Source of the DNA: Alphaproteobacteria bacterium
GTDB taxonomy: Bacteria; Pseudomonadota; Alphaproteobacteria; CAAGCB01; CAG-977
Reading direction: 5' to 3'
Assembly: GCA_900768845.1 (NCBI GenBank)
Contig: CAAGEK010000024.1
Location: forward strand, 3,001 to 67,000
DNA: 64,000 nucleotides
This document shows, piece after piece, positions 45,002-54,516 of the stretch. A program made the position numbers and the translations under genes. The stretch's first letter is position 1. Each line of letters starts with the position of its first letter. Below the pieces are notes generated by a model, which saw only the letters and a list, made by a program, of their open reading frames with translations, was not told the DNA's origin and ran no database searches.

Positions 45002-45749
45002 TCAGCGGATGAAGTTTGTAAATTCGATTTTTTCCTTTTCCGGAGGCAGAATGCCCGCTTTTTCGGCGGCTTGCTTCATTTTCAAAAAATAAGCCATGTT
45101 CTTTGCCAGAATACGCATATTTTGCATACCCTCCCTGTCCTGACGGACTTCGTCGGGCGTGCCGCCGTGAACCATATTCCAATAACGGCCGGAAATGATT
45201 GGCATTTCCGAAATTTGAAAATATTTGTTCAGCTGATCCAGCGTCGCTGTCGTTCCCGCACGGCGGGCACTGGTGATTGCCGCGGCGGGTTTGTGGCGGA
45301 AAATGTCCCTGCCCGACAGAAACGCCGAAAAGAACACCCTGTCCATAAACGGGACGATAACTCCCGATGCCGAACCGTAATGAACGGGAGAGCCTAAAAT
45401 ATAACCGTCGAATTCCGACGCCTTGTCAACAAAACCGTTGACGCCGTCGTCCAAAACGCATTTACCGAGCTTGGCGCAGGCGCGACAGGCCAGACACGGG
45501 CGGATGGCCTGTGTCCCGATATGGTAAATTTCAGAATCAATCCCTTCTTTTTGCAATTGAGCGGCAATTTCGCTTAATGCCGTGAAAGTGCATCCGTTTT
45601 TGTTCGGTGACCAGCAATACTTTCATTTTTCCCGTCCCTTTATTGTCAGTCCGTTCGTTTTCTCCGGCTGTCGAAGCGGACGCCGAAGCCGGCAACGCGG
45701 CAATCGCCGCCGCCGTCGCAATGGTTTTGATAAATTCACGTCTTTCCAT
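45002..45749 (-). pseudogene. Tat-signal-bearing flavodoxin-like / NADPH-dependent FMN reductase family protein, disrupted by a frameshift in the FMN-binding loop
   Basis: The upstream frame encodes MERREFIKTIATAAAIAALPASASAS (twin-arginine motif RREFIK) followed by ...MKVLLVTE and then stops. The downstream frame continues NKNGCTFTALSEIAAQLQKEGIDSEIYH... (184-aa ORF 45002-45556). The junction at about 45595-45605 lacks the expected GSP loop. Confidence 0.5.
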
Positions 45750-46788
45750 TTCAGTCTTCCGTTCTTGATTTTATCGCATTCATGGTTAAAGAATAGCGGG
45801 AAAGACGTAAAAAAACAGGCCTGTTCCTGTCATAATCTTGCCTGATTCTGTCAAAATCGAAAAAGGACAATTCTGTCAGGAGGCGAAACTGTCGTAAACC
45901 GGAATAATCATTGAAGGCTGTTCGTTTCGGAATCGGAAATGCAATCCGGCAAAGGCGTTTTTTCGTCACGGCAAACGGGAACGTTTCCGGTTGACAGCAT
46001 CAAACTTCCGTCCGGATGATCGACAAAGGCGTATTCAAGCAAATCCGCTCCGATGTGCGCTTTTTCAAATTCCCGAGTGATGTTGCCGGTGCGTTTTCGT
46101 GCCGTTCCTTCCGTTTTCCGCGGATTGACATATAATGTTATCCGGCCGCCGGATTTTCATTCGACAGTTTGACAAGCTTTGCAATCCGGCTGTGCGTAAA
46201 CCGTTTATCCCGTCGCTGTTTTCTTCAAAGAAAAAAGAAGCATCCTGAAACATCCGGTACAGTTTCGGACGGCGGCGGACGATTGTGACGAACGCCGTAA
46301 AATCGTCGCATCTTTTGGATTCGTTATCGGCCTTCCCCGTCCAACGCCGTTTCATTGAGGGCATACCTGAAATAAGGCCGCATTGTCTTGAAAGCGGGAT
46401 TCGAGGTGTTGCGAGCTTTCAACCGGCAATCGCGATATAAAGCCGCATCGGGCTCGGCCGTCAAATACTTGTACGCATTTATGCTTTGCGTTTCCGTTTT
46501 TCGGGCGGGAATGCCTTTGTCCGCAAAGCGGGCTTTGAGGGATTCCGTGCGGCGCGGGCTCAGATCCGTATCGCCTTCGCAGGCTTCCCTTCGATTTTTA
46601 TTTTCGCACTGTCATCGCGACCGGCTTCGGGCGGAAATTCCGCCAACACTTTATCCAAGGCTTTCCGCGTTTTTTCCGACAGGGCGGCCGAGCCTTTTTA
46701 AAAACGGTTTTTTTCGTCGCGTGATTGTCCGATGCGAAGGAAAAACAGGGCGGAAAGCACAGAAAAGCTAAAATAAACAGGATATGTT

Positions 46789-47490
46789 TCATGCGTCGTT
46801 TTTCCCTTTCGCAGGGGTTCGCCTTTTCAAGATTTTCCGGAAAATTTCAAGCAGGGAATTTCCCGAAGAGGGTGGAAGCGAACCTCCCGAAACGGTTTCG
46901 GGATCAAGTTTTGACGCACGGACGGCGGCTTCCATAACAATCGTTCCCGCAATTTCCGGCGGAAGGTTCGTCGTTTTTGCGATGATGATCGCCTGTGCCG
47001 CTCCCGCAAACAGCCAACCCGTCGTCAGGGGATCGACTCCGCGTTTATATTGTCGGCGCACATATTCATACAACGGCGGCCATTGTGTTTTCAACATATC
47101 GAAAACGGGTTCTTGCGGCTGATGTTCTTCCGGAACCGTCAGTTTGCCATAGTCCGGCGTTCCCAAAGTTTGTGCCGCACGTTTTACGATTTCCAAAATA
47201 TCGGGAGGTTTTCCGCCGGCGGCGGCAACGCCCGAAGCGATGATATTCCACACGGACGCGGGAGCTTCCAACAAAGGCTGATTCAGCTCATTGCCAAAGA
47301 AATATGTTTTCCCGTCCGCGGATTTTACCCGAATGAACGCGTCTTTCGCCGGAATCATCCCCGCTCTGACGGCTTCGCGCACGCGAAGCCCGCACAAGCC
47401 CCCAAGATTCCCAAAAGGGTTTCCGGATGCGGATACTTTCGGGACAGGTTTTCTTCGATATACCGTATCGTTTCTTCCGTAACGGTCATA
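46789..47490 (-). pseudogene. Frameshifted hypothetical gene
   Basis: N-terminus MTVTEETIRYIEENLSRKYPHPETLLGILGACAGFACA... from ATG 47490 runs into a stop. The long 243-aa ORF continues in another frame (...REAVRAGMIPAKDAFIRVKSADGKTYFFGNE...). One indel separates them. Confidence 0.35.
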
Positions 47491-47541
47491 TCTTCGTTTC
47501 CTTTTCAAAAGCTCAAGCACCCGATCGGGATTTCCGCCCGT

Positions 47542-48321
47542 TTAAATGCCCGACTGCCTTTTTTTACCGTTTAAGATCGAGAGTTGCATCGGCGGTTTCA
47601 AATAAACTTTTCCCAAATCGACGGCGTCTTTTGCCATTGGAGACGGTTTATGGGAAATTATCGGCGAAGACGGATTTTTTTGGAAATCTTTTAATTTCCG
47701 TTCGGCTTCTTTCGCATTCAAGCCGTGTTCGCCCATTTGCTTTATCGCCGCGGTCAGTTCGTCGGGGGTGACCAAAAAGACGTGTCCGCCTTTTCCGTTT
47801 TTGCCGTGCCAATATTCTTTGGCTTTTTCGTTCATGGCAACGGATTTCTCATCGGCGTCCGGAGGTAAATCTCTGGGAAAAGGTTCTCCGGGATTGCCGA
47901 ATGTCATCGTATAAATCCCGCCTTTACCGGTCGAGCCGTACGGACCGTAAATCGCATGAACGAGATTGGTTTTCGGTAAATCTTTGGCATTGATGATCGC
48001 CACTTTTATATCGGCTTCCCCCCGTGTCCCCGGTTCGCGTACAATGTTGAAAATCTTATCCGTTTGCAATTCTTCCGCCGAAACGACGGCGTCGGTGCCG
48101 ACCCGACGATCCGTTCTCAGTGCAAAAACTTTCCTTCCGGGGTTTCCTTTTTTATTGATTTCTTCCTGATAAGCTCTGTCGGTTCGTGCCAGAATGTTTG
48201 AAATATCGTCCTTTGTCGTGCTTTTTACGGCCTTTGAGCCGATGACCAAAGAATTGCCGTCGGAATGTCTGATTAAATGTTCTTCATTATTTGAAGCGGG
48301 TAAAAATTCTAATTTTTCCAT
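47542..48321 (-). CDS. Hypothetical protein (island at tRNA-Pro)
   Basis: 259 aa from ATG 48321 (MEKLEFLPASNNEEH...). No recognisable family. GC lower than the core genome. Confidence 0.45.
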   Translation of the reverse strand: MEKLEFLPASNNEEHLIRHSDGNSLVIGSKAVKSTTKDDISNILARTDRAYQEEINKKGNPGRKVFALRTDRRVGTDAVVSAEELQTDKIFNIVREPGTRGEADIKVAIINAKDLPKTNLVHAIYGPYGSTGKGGIYTMTFGNPGEPFPRDLPPDADEKSVAMNEKAKEYWHGKNGKGGHVFLVTPDELTAAIKQMGEHGLNAKEAERKLKDFQKNPSSPIISHKPSPMAKDAVDLGKVYLKPPMQLSILNGKKRQSGI

Positions 48322-49215
48322 TATGATTCCCCCTGCATTTTTAACGGATGCAATTATACGCCATATCCGGCGCGAATTCAAATGAAGTGAATGATATTTG
48401 ATCCGTAAAAATTTAAAGGTTCTGATAAAATATGCGGGATGTAATAAACGGATGTTGGGGCTGGTGTGAAACCGTCAATTAGCATGATAATGAACGGAAA
48501 AAACGCGCAACGGATGATAAAATACTGTTTGAGTTTTTGGTATTGGAAAGTGTGTAGATCGGATTGAGCTGACGGATTGTTTTTAAAAAACGCAGACGCG
48601 GATGTTGAAAAATTGATGTTGTTTGCCAAAATCGTCAGGAATCAGTCGAAACTAAAATCACAATCCTGAACGCCCGTCTGTTTCTTGAAATACAAAAGGA
48701 ATTCGGTAGCTTTTATAATTATACTTTGTCATTTTCCCGATAAAAGGTCGTTCATCAATACTTTTCGGTATTTAAAGACCTCGCTATGTCGTTTCCGGAA
48801 GCCGATGCAATGAGTGGAAATATGAAAAATGCGGATTTCAATTTTTCGGAACGACGATAGGTTTCGTCCATTTACAAGCCATGGTAATTACATTTGCAGA
48901 AATAAAGACAATTAAGATAAAAAATCAAATACGTTTAAAAAAACAGCTTTTTAAATAATAAAAAATATATGATTTTTAGATTTCGAATCTCAGTTAATTC
49001 AATAAATCTGCAACAGAGATTTCAGAGAAAAATGTTTGCAATACCGTGATTTTGCACAGCATATTAAGGTAATTCAGGTAATCTTCAATATACTTTTTAT
49101 TATACATACTACTGTTAAAAATGTTTATAATGTTTAAAAATTTAATAAAAAGACTTCCCTTTAGGGAAGTCTTTTTAGGTTTTAGGAATTAAGTCTTTTC
49201 GGAAGAAAGCATTGT

Positions 49216-50280
49216 TTAAATTCTGGTGCTTTGTTTACGGCGCAGAGCTTCTTGCCAACTCATTTTCTCACCTCTGGCCGCAGCGTCAGCCTGCCTGTTA
49301 ACAGCAACAGAGGGATGAACACGCGTGCCGTCAAACTCATCATTTGTCATAAGTCCTCGTTTTGCCAAATCTTTACGAGCTTTGTCTTCATGGCGGTGTA
49401 CTTTCACATAGTGATCGACTTTGTCTTCCATCGCTCCTCTGACGGCAACGGCATTGGCGTTATCTTCATTCATCGCGTTCAATTGCATATTAAGCTGTTT
49501 AGTATTATTAGCCGCTGTGTTCACATTCTCAAGAGCCGCATTATAAGCTTCAGATGCGGGGGCATGGTCTTGCTTAAAAGTTTCAATCATTTCCGTATAA
49601 GGTTTGTTTGCCAACTTCTGCATATACTCATTATTTTCTTTATTTCTAAAGTAATAACCGAATGTGTCTCCCGACCCGACAAGCTTCCGGGTATTTTGAC
49701 AAATATGGTTGCATTGAGCCATCAAATCAACCTTGGCATCAGGGGTGCGTTTTAAACGTTTATCCATTTTATATTTCATCCGCGTGGCAAGCGGCAATTT
49801 TTCATAAGGCGTTTTGAGTTTATAGATATTCTCCGAAGGATGTTTTCCATCCGGCGTGTTTAAACCGGCTTTAATGCACTCCTGCAAAAAACCATAACAA
49901 ATTTCGGCCGTTTCTTTCGGGGGTAAAGCACTCGCCACAGGGCCGAATTTGCCGTCAATCATTTCGCATGTATAACCGTTAATACCGTCAAGTGCTTGTG
50001 GAATGCAACGTGAGCAATAGTCATCGTATGCAGAAACCATTCCTTCAAACTTCCCCTTTTGATCTGCCACATCTCTTTTCTGATCGGTGTTTTTTTCTGC
50101 TTCGGCAATTTCTTTTTGCTTTGTTTCTAATGCCTTCTGGTCATACTGCGGCATTTTGGCAACATATTCGTCGATATGACGACGCGCATCATCAACCGTC
50201 TGGAAATCAGAAATTTTAAATAAACTACCGTATTTAATCTGTAATAGCTGTTTTTCAATATTTGAGTGTTTTTCCGACAT
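49216..50280 (-). CDS. Hypothetical protein (low-GC island)
   Basis: 354 aa from ATG 50280 (MSEKHSNIEKQLL...). Flanked by very AT-rich non-coding DNA (48.4-49.2 kb). No motif recognised. Confidence 0.45.
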   Translation of the reverse strand: MSEKHSNIEKQLLQIKYGSLFKISDFQTVDDARRHIDEYVAKMPQYDQKALETKQKEIAEAEKNTDQKRDVADQKGKFEGMVSAYDDYCSRCIPQALDGINGYTCEMIDGKFGPVASALPPKETAEICYGFLQECIKAGLNTPDGKHPSENIYKLKTPYEKLPLATRMKYKMDKRLKRTPDAKVDLMAQCNHICQNTRKLVGSGDTFGYYFRNKENNEYMQKLANKPYTEMIETFKQDHAPASEAYNAALENVNTAANNTKQLNMQLNAMNEDNANAVAVRGAMEDKVDHYVKVHRHEDKARKDLAKRGLMTNDEFDGTRVHPSVAVNRQADAAARGEKMSWQEALRRKQSTRI

Positions 50281-50451
50281 GGCGTCCTCCTTAGCAACAA
50301 TCCATAAGCAATAACAGTGCAATTATATCCACAACACTACAATTGTGTCAAGATATTCTGCGATTTATTGTGAGGTCTCTTTAAGTTATAGACAGGAAAA
50401 ACCCATTTAAATTTGGACAACTAAACTGTTCCTGAAACAAGGGGAACAGGC

Positions 50452-50906
50452 TTGACCGGCGAAGAAACAATCGTATCCGCTTACAGGCGTGAGTGGAAAC
50501 GGTTTCAACAATATGGCGTTCCCCAAGCCTTCTACGCGGACGGACGCAATATGTATCATCTTGATCCCGATAAAGAGCATCACTTCTTTACAATGATGTG
50601 CGAAGTCTTGGGAATACGCGTCATTCCGCCTCCTTCTCCACAAGCTAAAGAATGTGTCGAACGATACGACGGAAAGACGCCTTATCCCTTTAACGAAACT
50701 TGACGGAGTACAAGATACGAAAAATCGCAAACGAATACTTGCAACAATATCCGATCGCTCATACGCCTTTGCCGCAATGGGCTAACAAATGTCTGATTCA
50801 TGGAAGTCCACTTAAAAATAATGATTGCACGGTTTGCTACAAGGGAAAATTTATCAAATCATCCCTATGTTCAAACGTACTCCGGCTGTCAAAAAATGTA
50901 CCGTAA
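50452..50906 (+). mobile_element. Remnant of an IS transposase (rve integrase-core C-terminal fragment)
   Basis: The 83-aa ORF ...AFYADGRNMYHLDPDKEHHFFTMMCEVLGIRVIPPPSPQAKECVERYDG... resembles the end of DDE integrase-core domains (GI+...PYSPQ.NG.VER). No intact transposase or terminal inverted repeats were found. Confidence 0.45.
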
Positions 50907-51065
50907 AAAAACTCTTTCAGGTCATATCTCCATCACCTGTAGAGACCGCTTTTTCCATAATCTGTCACCCCTTAAACTGTCCAAATTTAAAGGAGATTTA
51001 ACACAAATACGGTTTGTTAAATGTTTAAGAGAGGGGCGCGTCCGGTCTTTTGTTCGCAAGCTTTG

Positions 51066-51863
51066 TCAGTTGAAAATCAGCTCGTAAATCATATCGGGCT
51101 CTTCTGTCGTTTCGGCAGGCCTGTTTTTCCAGAGCTTTATGCGGATTGAAGCGGGCAGGGCCGTCAGGAAAAAATGGTTGCGGCTTTCATAAGGCGAATA
51201 ATTATTGCATCCTTGTCGGGCTTTGCAGGAATAACCGCGGTGAAAAAATCCTTGCGTCGGCGTAACGTCTGTCGACAGATTGACGCTTTCTTTAAAGCGG
51301 ATGTTGTGTGTTTTATCGGCAAAGGCGTACCCGTATCCCAAGTCGTTGGCGTTTGCGTCTTGAAGAATGATTGCTGAAAAAAAACGGTTTTTACGGTAGA
51401 AAGCCGTGTAATTTATATAAACGGACAGCGTATTTTCCGGTTCGTTGTAAGCGGCGCGGTAGGGAATCAGGTAATCGGCTTCGGAACATCCCGTCTTTGA
51501 ATAAAAGGAAAAAGACAGCATACTGACGTAAAATAACAGTTCGGGGTTTAAAATCCCGACGCTTTCCCGAGAAAGGCCTTTGCCGATGTCTTGCGATCCG
51601 TTCACGCCGAAACAGGTGATTTCATAAGCACTGATCCACGGCAAGCCGTCTTCGATCTGAAAAACGCGGTCGGCGGGGCGGTAAGGAGTGCCGTTTCCGA
51701 ATACGGGTGAATCGTTTACGGCGGCGATGCGGCGGTTCAAAATTTCTTTTTTGCTTAACCCGCTGAACGCTTGCATTTTTTTGAGCCGGATTTCCGTACT
51801 TTGCGCGCCGGAAGCCGAAAAACACATCAAGAGAAAAAGAAAAACACAACGCCGCATTGTCAT
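51066..51863 (-). CDS. Secreted hypothetical protein
   Basis: ATG 51863 gives the signal peptide MTMRRCVFLFLLMCFSASGAQS. About 265 aa with aromatic-rich beta-like composition. The longer ORF extension would overlap tRNA-Pro and is rejected. Confidence 0.5.
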   Translation of the reverse strand: MTMRRCVFLFLLMCFSASGAQSTEIRLKKMQAFSGLSKKEILNRRIAAVNDSPVFGNGTPYRPADRVFQIEDGLPWISAYEITCFGVNGSQDIGKGLSRESVGILNPELLFYVSMLSFSFYSKTGCSEADYLIPYRAAYNEPENTLSVYINYTAFYRKNRFFSAIILQDANANDLGYGYAFADKTHNIRFKESVNLSTDVTPTQGFFHRGYSCKARQGCNNYSPYESRNHFFLTALPASIRIKLWKNRPAETTEEPDMIYELIFN

Positions 51864-51962
51864 GTCCTTGCCGTTTGAGGAAAAGCCGGACATTTTAAAA
51901 GGGGCACAAGAAAAAATGCATGACCGGCCGCCGAAAATAAAAAGGGCTTTGCCTGTTTGAAA

Positions 51963-52042
<80 letters not shown>

Positions 52043-52111
52043 CCGGATCCGGCAAAGTGTCCGGCAGTCGTAAAAAAACGCCGGCAACCCTGCAATCATA
52101 TCGGAAACGGG

Positions 52112-52594
52112 TTATTTTTCAATATTAAAAACGGGATGGCGGACAATATCGCCTTCGGAAATGTCAAAACGCCGCGCACTGCCGGCTTTCATTTCCAAAA
52201 CGCTTGTCATTTTCCCGTCCGTCGTTATGACGTCGCGGGAAAAAGGTTCCGTATATTCGGCAATGTGGCGGATGACGCCCGATGCGTCAATGAAAAACAT
52301 ATCCAGCGACATGGGCGTGTCGGCCATCCACATCCCGATTTTTCGGGGCGTTTCAAACAGGAACAACATTCCCGCATCGTCCGCCATTTCCGTCCGGAAC
52401 ATCAGTCCGCGCTCCCTTTGAGCCGGACTTTTCGCCAGTTCGACGTTCAAAGGCAGAGGCGGCAGGTTCCGGCGTTCTATTTCAATGCGGGCGGTTTCAA
52501 AAACGATCTCCCTGCCTGCGGAATCGTCGGGCAGACATCCGCAAAGCAGGAACAGGCATACAAACCACGCTTGTTTCATTTGTCGTTCCTTCAT
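52112..52594 (-). CDS. DUF192 domain protein (secreted/lipoprotein-like)
   Basis: 160 aa with signal peptide MKQAWFVCLFLLCGC. The DUF192 core GLMFRTEMADDAGMLFLF...MWMADTPMSLDMFFIDASG. Confidence 0.65.
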   Translation of the reverse strand: MKERQMKQAWFVCLFLLCGCLPDDSAGREIVFETARIEIERRNLPPLPLNVELAKSPAQRERGLMFRTEMADDAGMLFLFETPRKIGMWMADTPMSLDMFFIDASGVIRHIAEYTEPFSRDVITTDGKMTSVLEMKAGSARRFDISEGDIVRHPVFNIEK

Positions 52595-52642
52595 AAGGAA
52601 AGCCCCCTTCCGGTAAAGGGAGGGGGCTTTTTCGGGAGAAAA

Positions 52643-53590
52643 TCATTTGTCACCGAAAGGGGAATAGGATTTCATTCCCACGACGTCTTTGGCGTCGTCT
52701 TTTTTAACTTCTTCGGGTTTGGGTTCTTCTTTCGCCGCGGCGACCGGTTCGACGGGCACACCGGCGGGAACGTCGATCGCAGCCGGTTCGTCGGCCTTGG
52801 TCGTAATATCCTTGCGATCGCGGGTGGCGGGGGATTCCATCTGCAACGCCGTTCTGCCGTCGATCGTTGACAGTTTCATCGTCGATTTGCCCTGATGGTC
52901 GATATAAGACAGGACGGCGGCCGCGGGCTGTGCCTGCAAAGCGACCGTTCCGCCGACGGTTTCCGTCATGGCCAGCGTCGTTTTGTCACCCGTCATGTCG
53001 ATCGTGCTTTTCGTACCGTCGATGGACAGTTCCGCCGTGCCGGAGCTGACAACGTCGACAGAGGCCGTACCGTTTCCTGTCAACCCCAGATAAATGTTGT
53101 TGTTGCGCGTGTCGTCGGTTACGGAAATCGAACGGACGGAGTTGACAAGGCTCATATTGATTTTGCCTTGATAAACGTCGGTCAGGGACAGGGAAGCGTT
53201 CTTTTCGTCGACCGACATGGCGGCGACGGGGAATTTCCCTTTGTGCATCATGGCAAACGAAGTCGTTTGGTTGTCCGCGCTCCACACGCCGCGAATCTGT
53301 CCTTCGTCATCCTTTAATACGAAAACCTGAGCCTCGACGACTGCGGGGATTTTCGCTTCGCCTTCCTTGGAAAACGCCTGTACCGCGGCTTTGAGCTGAT
53401 CTTCGGGAGACGCTTGCGCCGTCGCGGGGCGGTTGATCGTCAGCCCTCCCGAAAAAGAGGCGTATGCGGCAAAGCATACGAGTGCGGCAACCGAACGGGT
53501 CAGAAAGCGGCACTTTTTTTCCAAATGCTGAACGCGTGTTTCCAAATTTTCCATTTTCAACTCCATGTGAATTAGGCGGGCGTTTTTCAA
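52643..53590 (-). CDS. Hypothetical membrane-anchored protein with a repetitive Thr/Ser/Gly-rich beta-type periplasmic region
   Basis: 315 aa. An N-terminal short coiled coil, then a TM helix (SVAALVCFAAYASF), then a repetitive region and a K/E-rich tail. Start codon uncertain (53590/53566/53554). Confidence 0.5.
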   Translation of the reverse strand: MKNARLIHMELKMENLETRVQHLEKKCRFLTRSVAALVCFAAYASFSGGLTINRPATAQASPEDQLKAAVQAFSKEGEAKIPAVVEAQVFVLKDDEGQIRGVWSADNQTTSFAMMHKGKFPVAAMSVDEKNASLSLTDVYQGKINMSLVNSVRSISVTDDTRNNNIYLGLTGNGTASVDVVSSGTAELSIDGTKSTIDMTGDKTTLAMTETVGGTVALQAQPAAAVLSYIDHQGKSTMKLSTIDGRTALQMESPATRDRKDITTKADEPAAIDVPAGVPVEPVAAAKEEPKPEEVKKDDAKDVVGMKSYSPFGDK

Positions 53591-53703
53591 TTTGCATATA
53601 ATCTACGGAAAATACGTTAATTATATATGAATGGCAGTTTATTCCTTTTTTGACTTTAATGGAATCCCTTTTATCGTCGGAAGGAATTTTTTCCAAAGCG
53701 GTT

Positions 53704-54243
53704 TCAGGCTTTTTTCTTCGGCAACCATTTTTTAACGGCGACCGCTTTGCCCGTTTGGGATCGCATGACCTTCGTACCGGCGAATTTTTCCGCGGCGGGC
53801 GTTGCCGGAGTATTTTTGCCCTGCATATAAAAATCCGTCATTTCGTTTATGTCTATGACGGATCCTTCGCCTTTGGCAAACGCGGCGGCGTACGGTTCGT
53901 GGGTTGCAATCAGTCTTGCCAGATAATCCGCCGAATGCGCGCCGTATTTCCGCCAGATCGTCTGTAAAAGGGCTTCCGTCGTCCGGTCGAACGCCGTTTT
54001 TTTGACCAAAGGCCGTCCCGAAGCATAGATTTTATAGCTGTTCGGTTCGACGGGGCCCCGATCCGTTGCGATGAAAACCGAAGGCATCAACATTTCCCCG
54101 CCCGTCATGGCGGCATAATATCCTTGCGACAGAAACATCAGGAATTGCATCTTTGCCGGTTGCAGATACTCTTTGTCGTTTAATGCGGTGTCTATGAACC
54201 ATTCCGCAACATCGAAAACGGATTGAGCGGCGGTTTTTGTCAT
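53704..54243 (-). CDS. Panacea-domain (DUF4065 / SocA / GepA-like) protein, putative antitoxin with a ~70-aa C-terminal extension
   Basis: 179 aa from ATG 54243. SVFDVAEWFIDTA...LQPAKMQFLMFLSQGYYAAMTGGEMLMPSVFIATDRGPVEPNSYKIY matches the Panacea core (L.KLQKLLYyAQGW.LA.TG..LF...FEAW..GPV.P.VY). Confidence 0.6.
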   Translation of the reverse strand: MTKTAAQSVFDVAEWFIDTALNDKEYLQPAKMQFLMFLSQGYYAAMTGGEMLMPSVFIATDRGPVEPNSYKIYASGRPLVKKTAFDRTTEALLQTIWRKYGAHSADYLARLIATHEPYAAAFAKGEGSVIDINEMTDFYMQGKNTPATPAAEKFAGTKVMRSQTGKAVAVKKWLPKKKA

Positions 54244-54516
54244 GAAAATATCCTCGGTTTGATTCTTTCGGGGAATGTTGCGCGATTTTTCCGGTAAAGA
54301 AAAGACGAAAATCCGTTCGTGCGTTTTTTTTTGCACGCGGCGAAGGTTTTAAGCACCCGAAACGTTATGAATCATGGACAAGTCCGAATTAAAAGGATAG
54401 TATGTAAACCGTTTTTTTAGTGCTTCGGACGCGGACACGGCCGACGGCGGCATGACATCCCCCCGAAGTGCTGTAAAGTTATGAACATCAACGGATTTGA
54501 AACAGAGGTCTTCAAT

